Below are positions 58,485 through 64,000 of a stretch of 64,000 nt of DNA, in pieces. The notes beneath the pieces were generated by a model that made no database searches, was not told the origin of the DNA, and worked only from the letters and a program-made list of their open reading frames with translations. The position numbers and the translations under genes are program-made. Source of the DNA: an uncultured Methanosarcinales archaeon (GTDB taxonomy: Archaea > Nanobdellota > Nanobdellia > Woesearchaeales > ARS49); assembly GCA_964637115.1 (NCBI GenBank), contig CAZWVL010000002.1:64001-128000 (forward strand), read 5' to 3'. Each line of letters opens with the position of its first letter. The stretch's first letter is position 1.

Positions 58485-58942
58485 ATGCTCAATTCAAGAA
58501 TATCATTTTCTGATAGAATACTTTCAACAGCAAAATGCACAACGCTGCGGGAAGCCTTAAGCCAGACCCGATCAACAGGAACTGCCAATTCAAGCCAAAC
58601 TTCTGTATCAGCAGATTTTGAACCAAGCTCCTTGCAAATGGCAGCTTCAGGCCAGTCCTGCATGACTCCTCTGGGCGCCAAATAGACAAACGGATCTTCA
58701 AGCGAAGGTTCAATACGTCGCATGGAACGAATCTGTGTCGCGTTTTCCCAAGCAGTATAATGAATGCACTTGATGTATACATTAGAATCGGTTACCTTCA
58801 AGCCCTGAATCACTTTGCCGTCAACATATACAAAATTATCCTTGAATTCAAATATAACTTTTTTTGCAGGAAAAATCTTTTTCTCAATAACCTCCTTTAA
58901 ACGATAATATCCGCCATAAGATGCGCTCGGTACTTCTGTCAT
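58463..58942 (-). CDS. Putative HYD/HYE-clade ADP-ribosyltransferase-fold protein
   Basis: IHYTAWENATQIRSMRRIEPS...FVYLAP...VWLELAVP matches the HYT...I....I.PS...VYL...(I/L)E pattern of Tox-ART-HYD-type domains. Confidence 0.55.
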   Translation of the reverse strand: MTEVPSASYGGYYRLKEVIEKKIFPAKKVIFEFKDNFVYVDGKVIQGLKVTDSNVYIKCIHYTAWENATQIRSMRRIEPSLEDPFVYLAPRGVMQDWPEAAICKELGSKSADTEVWLELAVPVDRVWLKASRSVVHFAVESILSENDILELSIQRRKQS

Positions 58943-59199
58943 TTGTAGTTTAGCCAGATTTTCTTAACAAACGGAATCGTAAGCGTAGAAATAAGAAAGG
59001 CCACTGCAGGAACAACAGAATTAACAAAAGGTTTTGGAAGACCAGCAAAATAAAAGAAAACAACCACGACAAAATAAGTCAAAACTGCAATCAATACTTT
59101 CCGCGTCCAGCTTGTTTCCCACGCCTTATCTGCCTCAACGCGCCTGTTCCTTTCTTTAATTTGTTTAATTTCTTTTTCCAACTGCTTAACAGATATCAT
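58939..59199 (-). CDS. Small membrane protein
   Basis: RNRRVEADKAWETSWTRK followed by two TM helices. Confidence 0.7.
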   Translation of the reverse strand: MISVKQLEKEIKQIKERNRRVEADKAWETSWTRKVLIAVLTYFVVVVFFYFAGLPKPFVNSVVPAVAFLISTLTIPFVKKIWLNYK

Positions 59200-60899
59200 T
59201 TGTGCGCGAACCAGAAAGTGATCTTATTCTTCTGTTTGCTGTCTAATCTACAAAAGCCGAATCTTTCAAACTGCACCATTGTGCCGACAGCAAGGTCCTT
59301 TAAGCCAGCTTCACCAATTCCCTTTTTCAGCTTCTTGTCGGGCATTAACACTTCAACATCAATAATCTCGCCGCCGACAGGCAGCCAATGAATTGTAGCT
59401 TCGCCATTTTTGTGGAAAATGTCATAGCCGGTGCTGTCAAACAGACAATCCTTGCCTTCTTTCTTGAAGTTCAAACAATCCTTCAAGCGATACAGCTTCG
59501 TGGCTTTTACAGAAGCAGAATCATCTTTGGTAATGTAAAAGTCTGACTTTGTCTGGAATGTTCGTTTGCCACGGTTTTCGTCGTCAGGATGCAAAGGAAT
59601 CTGCACAGTCTGCTCAGGCGCATTTTTTACAGTTATTTTCACAGGGTCCCAGACAAAGAAATACCTGTTTGCAATCGGGTCAATAATCGCGCGATTGTGA
59701 GCTTCCAAACTCTTGAAAAAGTCATCTTTGGGAACAACTTTATCATTCAGGCCAACACCCATATCCATTGCGAATGCCTGGAATGCGCCCGACTGGAAGC
59801 CTCTTCTTCTCATCGCCGCCAAGAACGGCAGCCTGATGTCATCCCAGTCATCATACTCACCGCGCTCAATCGCGGCTTTTGTCTTTCTTTTACTGACTTC
59901 AATACCTTCAAAATTAATCCTGCCAATGTATGAATGGAACGGCTCTTTCCACCCGAAGAAGTCATAGATGTGCTTCTGGCGCTTTGCATTATCAAAATGG
60001 TCTTTTCCCCTGATGGAATGAGTGACCCCGAGATCATGGTCATCAACGGCAACTGCAAAATTCATCAACGGCCAGACCTTATACTTGTCCTTTGTTCTAG
60101 GATGCACATTATGGTTAATTCTCAAAGCAGGCCAGTCGCGCATGGCAGGATTCGGGTCATTAATATCAGTCTTGATCCTCACAACAGCAGCGCCGGGCTC
60201 GTACTCAACAAACATCTTGTCCCAGCGCGCCAACTGCTCTTTGATTGACAAGTCCCGGCACGGACACGCCTGTTTTTTCAGTGACAAATTTCTGAACATA
60301 TCAGATGAACAAGTGCATATGTACGCTTTTCCTTTGCTGATGAGCTTTTCAGCATAATCGTAATACGCTTCCAACCGGTCGCTTTGGAACAGTATTTTGG
60401 CAATTCTGTTATCGGTCAGCCAGTTTAAATCTTCCTCGTCCATCTTGTAGGCGGGGACGTAAATTTCCTCTGGATTTGTGTCTTCAATGCGCAAAATTAA
60501 CCTGCCATCATATTCCTTGCAGTACAAATGGCTCAATGAGAACACAATTGCATGGCCAATGTGCATTGGGCCACTTGGGCTGGGAGCAAGACGCATGACG
60601 ACTTTGCCTTTTTCCATACCTTGCAATGGCTTCAGCTTCTTTTCTTCAACAATATGTTTTTCAACCAACAGTTCAGGCGCAATTTTCTGCAATTCTGCAA
60701 TCTGGTCATTAACAGTCATCAAGCGAACTTCATCGCAAATCTTTTTTATTTCAGGCGAGAGTTTTTTCAATTCTGCCTTCAATTCAGGACGCTCTCCAAG
60801 AATTCTGCCTATAACAGAGCCCATATTTGGAACGCCATTGTATCTTCTGGCGTTGTCCAAAGCATACTTGCGAACACTCTTTTTCAGCTCTTCGTCCAT
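59196..60899 (-). CDS. gltX: Glutamate--tRNA ligase (archaeal type)
   Basis: RLAPSPSGPMHIGH, LRIEDTN, NPAMRDW, VTHSIRGKDH, WDDIRL and QFERFGFCRLD. Confidence 0.96.
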   Translation of the reverse strand: MDEELKKSVRKYALDNARRYNGVPNMGSVIGRILGERPELKAELKKLSPEIKKICDEVRLMTVNDQIAELQKIAPELLVEKHIVEEKKLKPLQGMEKGKVVMRLAPSPSGPMHIGHAIVFSLSHLYCKEYDGRLILRIEDTNPEEIYVPAYKMDEEDLNWLTDNRIAKILFQSDRLEAYYDYAEKLISKGKAYICTCSSDMFRNLSLKKQACPCRDLSIKEQLARWDKMFVEYEPGAAVVRIKTDINDPNPAMRDWPALRINHNVHPRTKDKYKVWPLMNFAVAVDDHDLGVTHSIRGKDHFDNAKRQKHIYDFFGWKEPFHSYIGRINFEGIEVSKRKTKAAIERGEYDDWDDIRLPFLAAMRRRGFQSGAFQAFAMDMGVGLNDKVVPKDDFFKSLEAHNRAIIDPIANRYFFVWDPVKITVKNAPEQTVQIPLHPDDENRGKRTFQTKSDFYITKDDSASVKATKLYRLKDCLNFKKEGKDCLFDSTGYDIFHKNGEATIHWLPVGGEIIDVEVLMPDKKLKKGIGEAGLKDLAVGTMVQFERFGFCRLDSKQKNKITFWFAHK

Positions 60900-60935
60900 A
60901 TATTAAGAGGAAAAGAGTCAGTATTTAAAGATTGT

Positions 60936-61640
60936 TTAGAACGGCTCGACTTTTCGCTTTGCACTCTTAAGGTAAGCACCCGTTTTTTGCATCTTAACTG
61001 CAAATGCATCAGCAGCTCTTTCTTCTTTTTCAACTGAAGCTGATGAAAACCAGGCAATGGGAGAAAACACGCGCACAAAACCAACACTGAACTTTCCCCA
61101 GGATGCACGTGATTTCACATGATGCAATTCGTGCAAGAGAACAGCGTCCAATTCCTTCTTTGAAAGCAGTTCAAACATGCCGACGGATATGAAAATCTTC
61201 TTTCCAAGCGTGAAAGCGACCGGCTTTGCTTTGTCAACCAAAAATAATTCTGCCTTAATCCCTGCTATCCTGCACAATTCTTTGAATTGTTTAAAGGACA
61301 GCGGTTTAGAAATTTTTCTGTATATGCGAGGGATGATGGCATATCCTGCAACAAATGACAATGCCATCACGACAGGCAGGAAGTAAATGACAAATTTAGT
61401 CAGCAGCGTCGTGCACCATTCAAGCAATCCCTGTGCAAAACTCATACTGCAATTAATTGACAGAGCAAAATAAAACAATGGTGACACCAAGAAAAACAAG
61501 TGCGCATACAGCAGTGCAGGCCTGTCATATTTTTTCCAGGCAAAAAACGCAACACTGGCAAACAGCAAGGAAGCCACCACTAATAGCATCTTTGCAGGGT
61601 CGGTTGCAAACAACACCGCACTATCAATAATTCCATTCAC
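60936..61640 (-). CDS. M56/M48 family zinc metallopeptidase (BlaR1/MecR1-like sensor)
   Basis: Three N-terminal TM helices, AFTLG, AVLLHELHHVK and EERAADAFA. Confidence 0.85.
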   Translation of the reverse strand: MNGIIDSAVLFATDPAKMLLVVASLLFASVAFFAWKKYDRPALLYAHLFFLVSPLFYFALSINCSMSFAQGLLEWCTTLLTKFVIYFLPVVMALSFVAGYAIIPRIYRKISKPLSFKQFKELCRIAGIKAELFLVDKAKPVAFTLGKKIFISVGMFELLSKKELDAVLLHELHHVKSRASWGKFSVGFVRVFSPIAWFSSASVEKEERAADAFAVKMQKTGAYLKSAKRKVEPF

Positions 61641-62002
61641 CTTTTTCTAAACCTCTCGTTAAAGTATGAAACAGCCGTCGGGCCAAAAGTTTCAATAAGC
61701 TGGTTGACTGTTTTTTCAACAACAGATTTCTCAAATGAATTCTTGTCCTGCGTTGGGTAATAAATATATCGCACGCCGCCTCTTGCCGTTTCAATCTTTC
61801 TGGCTACAATGCCCTTGTCGTGCAAACGGTCGCAAATAACAGCAACAGAACTTAGTGCGACTTTTGATTTAAGCTTTTCGTGAATCTCCCTGACGCGCAT
61901 TTTCTTGTCCGGCCAGAGCACTTTCAATACGTCACCTTCCAGCGGGCTCATTAAAGAATCAAAATCAGCAACTTTTTCTTTCATGTTTGCTATAAAGTCC
62001 AC
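61637..62002 (-). CDS. BlaI/MecI/CopY family transcriptional repressor
   Basis: LSPLEGDVLKVLW-like segment, VREIHEKL, SVAVICDRLHDKGIVAR and YIYYP. Confidence 0.9.
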   Translation of the reverse strand: MDFIANMKEKVADFDSLMSPLEGDVLKVLWPDKKMRVREIHEKLKSKVALSSVAVICDRLHDKGIVARKIETARGGVRYIYYPTQDKNSFEKSVVEKTVNQLIETFGPTAVSYFNERFRKR

Positions 62003-62039
62003 AATCTTTAAATACTTTACGCTTGGTGTAACGGTTTAG

Positions 62040-62846
62040 ATGAAACGTACACTTTTATTTATCACGCTCTTGTCATTGCTTGGCTGCGCCACGCCGCCAT
62101 TGGAAATGTCATCTATGCCGATGGAGCACGACATGAACATGGATGCGAAGATGATAGTCCATGGAGAGATGAACAATTCATTGGAGGTCATGGACTTTAA
62201 CATAGCATTCGAGCGACCACCAGCTGAAACAGGAAAAACAGCGCCTCTAAAATTCAATCTTTCACGGCAAGGCGAGCCACTGACGGAATTGCAAATAATG
62301 CATGACAAACCAATGCACGTCATCCTTGTCAGAAAAGATTTGAAGCATTTTGATCATGTCCATCCAGAGCAGCCTGAGCCAGGAATCTTTGTCGTGCCAT
62401 ACATTTTTGCTGCATCGGGAGAATACCGTATTTGGACGGATTTTATGTATGGCAACATGCAGCACATCATTGATTTTGATATTAACGTGACCGGAGAACC
62501 AGAAGCAAAAGAACCGGACAAACTCAATGGTTTACATGTTGCAATCAATCAGCCTGAACAGATAACTGAAGGAAAAGCAGCACCGTTCACTTTTACTATT
62601 ACAGATGAAACTGGAAAGGCAGTACCCATTACTGAAAAATTCCTTGCTGCCGCAGGGCATTTAATACTCATAGATGAAACTTTGAACGAATTTTCACATG
62701 CTCACGATGAGAAAATGGACAACGACAATGTCCTGTCCTTCGAATACACTCCTGAAAATCCAGGAAAACACAAAGCATGGGTTCAGTTCTCGGTCGATGG
62801 GCAAAACAGAACTGCGGCGTTTGAATTTGCTGTTCGCAAAGCTTAA
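62040..62846 (+). CDS. Exported heavy-metal-binding protein, two repeated His-motif domains
   Basis: Lipobox LLGC, a Met/His-rich MEHDMNMD, and repeated MHVILVRKDLKHFDHVHP and GHLILIDETLNEFSHAH. Confidence 0.75.
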   Translation: MKRTLLFITLLSLLGCATPPLEMSSMPMEHDMNMDAKMIVHGEMNNSLEVMDFNIAFERPPAETGKTAPLKFNLSRQGEPLTELQIMHDKPMHVILVRKDLKHFDHVHPEQPEPGIFVVPYIFAASGEYRIWTDFMYGNMQHIIDFDINVTGEPEAKEPDKLNGLHVAINQPEQITEGKAAPFTFTITDETGKAVPITEKFLAAAGHLILIDETLNEFSHAHDEKMDNDNVLSFEYTPENPGKHKAWVQFSVDGQNRTAAFEFAVRKA

Positions 62847-62876
62847 ATATAGAAGCGTTACATTAATTGTAAGACT

Positions 62877-63284
62877 ATGACACTCAAAGAAAAACTGGTG
62901 GGAAGCGCCGGAGCGGTATCAGGAGTAACGAGCGCACTGGGCGGATATCAGGTCTGCCACAATCTGTGCATGTCGGTTATTGCACTGCTTGGAATATTAG
63001 GCATAACAGTTGCAGGAATGCCACTAATGTTTCTTACAAAAATAGCAATACCATTCTGGATTGCGGCTGTTGCTATGCTTGGCGTCCTCGTCTTCATGCG
63101 CATTAGAATGAAATGCGTATCAGGAAAATTACTCGTGTTTAATTCTGGTCTCATTATCGCCGGAATACCGTTTGCACCGTTCAAAAATTACCCAGCCGCA
63201 CTCTGGAGCGTTGGCGGACTGCTAATAGTTATTACAGTTGTATCATACATTAAAGGGAAATTCAATGGCAAAAAGAAAAAATAA
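62877..63284 (+). CDS. Four-TM membrane protein with CxxxC
   Basis: YQVCHNLCM within a hydrophobic ORF. Confidence 0.7.
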   Translation: MTLKEKLVGSAGAVSGVTSALGGYQVCHNLCMSVIALLGILGITVAGMPLMFLTKIAIPFWIAAVAMLGVLVFMRIRMKCVSGKLLVFNSGLIIAGIPFAPFKNYPAALWSVGGLLIVITVVSYIKGKFNGKKKK

Positions 63285-63999
63285 ACAAAGCAATTTTATC
63301 ATTGCAGGCATTGTGATAGCAATCGTGCTTATAGCATTCAACTTCTATATGACTTCCCAAATTAAAAAACTGCAGCCGACAACACAGGAAAATGCACCGA
63401 TGATGGGAAAATCAATGTCCAGAATGGGCTTCACTGAATTTGACAAGCAAAAAGCGCGGGAATTCATGGACAAAAACAATGATGGCAAGTGCGACATCTG
63501 CGGGATGCCTATAGAGCAATGCATTGCTTCTGGCATGATGCAGTGCAGCGGCATGGACCCAAATGCCACAATGGGACTGCTCGGCTCCCAGCACATACAC
63601 GCGGACTGGAAAATTTATCTTAACGGAAAAGAATTTGACTGGTCGCCATATGCAGAGCGACACCACAAACAAATGATGGGAGACAAGAGCATTACGGATA
63701 CAAGCGCATTCATACATATCCACCCGGCCGAAGGGCAGGAAAAAGGAGGAGATATTATGCATATGCACGCGACTGGCATACCACTTAGCCTCTTCTTTGA
63801 GAGTCTGGGCATGAAATTTGACAAAAACTGCCTGGAAGCGGATAGCAAGAAATACTGTAATCTAAAAATGTACGTGAATGGAAAAGAAAATACTGAATTT
63901 GAAGAGTATGTATTCAATGATTTAGACAAAATTTTAATCACGGATAAAAAAACTGAAGAGCAAATGAAAAGCATAACAAACTTCGCGGAGGCACATTAG
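63265..63999 (+). CDS. Anchored Cys/Met/His-rich metal-binding protein
   Basis: Start revised to MAKRK. TM helix, DKNNDGKCDICGMPIEQC, HIHADW, FIHIHP and MHMHATG. Confidence 0.7.
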   Translation: MAKRKNKQSNFIIAGIVIAIVLIAFNFYMTSQIKKLQPTTQENAPMMGKSMSRMGFTEFDKQKAREFMDKNNDGKCDICGMPIEQCIASGMMQCSGMDPNATMGLLGSQHIHADWKIYLNGKEFDWSPYAERHHKQMMGDKSITDTSAFIHIHPAEGQEKGGDIMHMHATGIPLSLFFESLGMKFDKNCLEADSKKYCNLKMYVNGKENTEFEEYVFNDLDKILITDKKTEEQMKSITNFAEAH

Positions 64000-64000
64000 G

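Overview
A gene-dense archaeal window, most consistent with a DPANN archaeon of Woesearchaeota type. The taxonomy is inferred from archaeal rps15, EF-1beta, dph5, Spt5, thermosome, Elp3, archaeal GluRS and CarS, two FtsZ paralogues, bacterial-type GAPDH/PGK, TTTATAAA-type promoters and GGAGGTGA-type Shine-Dalgarno (SD) sites. It holds about 85 CDSs and five intron-less tRNAs: Gln-CTG, Gln-TTG, Arg-GCG, Ile-GAT and Asn-GTT. I found no rRNA, CRISPR array, integrase or transposase. The most notable accessory content is: (1) an AT-rich block after tRNA-Arg with an NYH-type tRNA-dependent cyclodipeptide synthase, a divergent double Lrp/AsnC regulator and a downstream GGDEF-like protein; (2) a divergent pair of a subtilase with a dockerin-like tail and a membrane-anchored cohesin-like protein; (3) a convergent pair of an HYT-motif ADP-ribosyltransferase-like gene and a NADAR-like (DUF6939-type) gene; (4) a bacterial-type glycerolipid acyltransferase near carS and pgsA; (5) stand-alone half-genes of Hel308 and Dph2; and (6) several structured non-coding elements, including a three-way-junction leader on rps15. 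All family calls come from motif recognition by eye; no database search was run.
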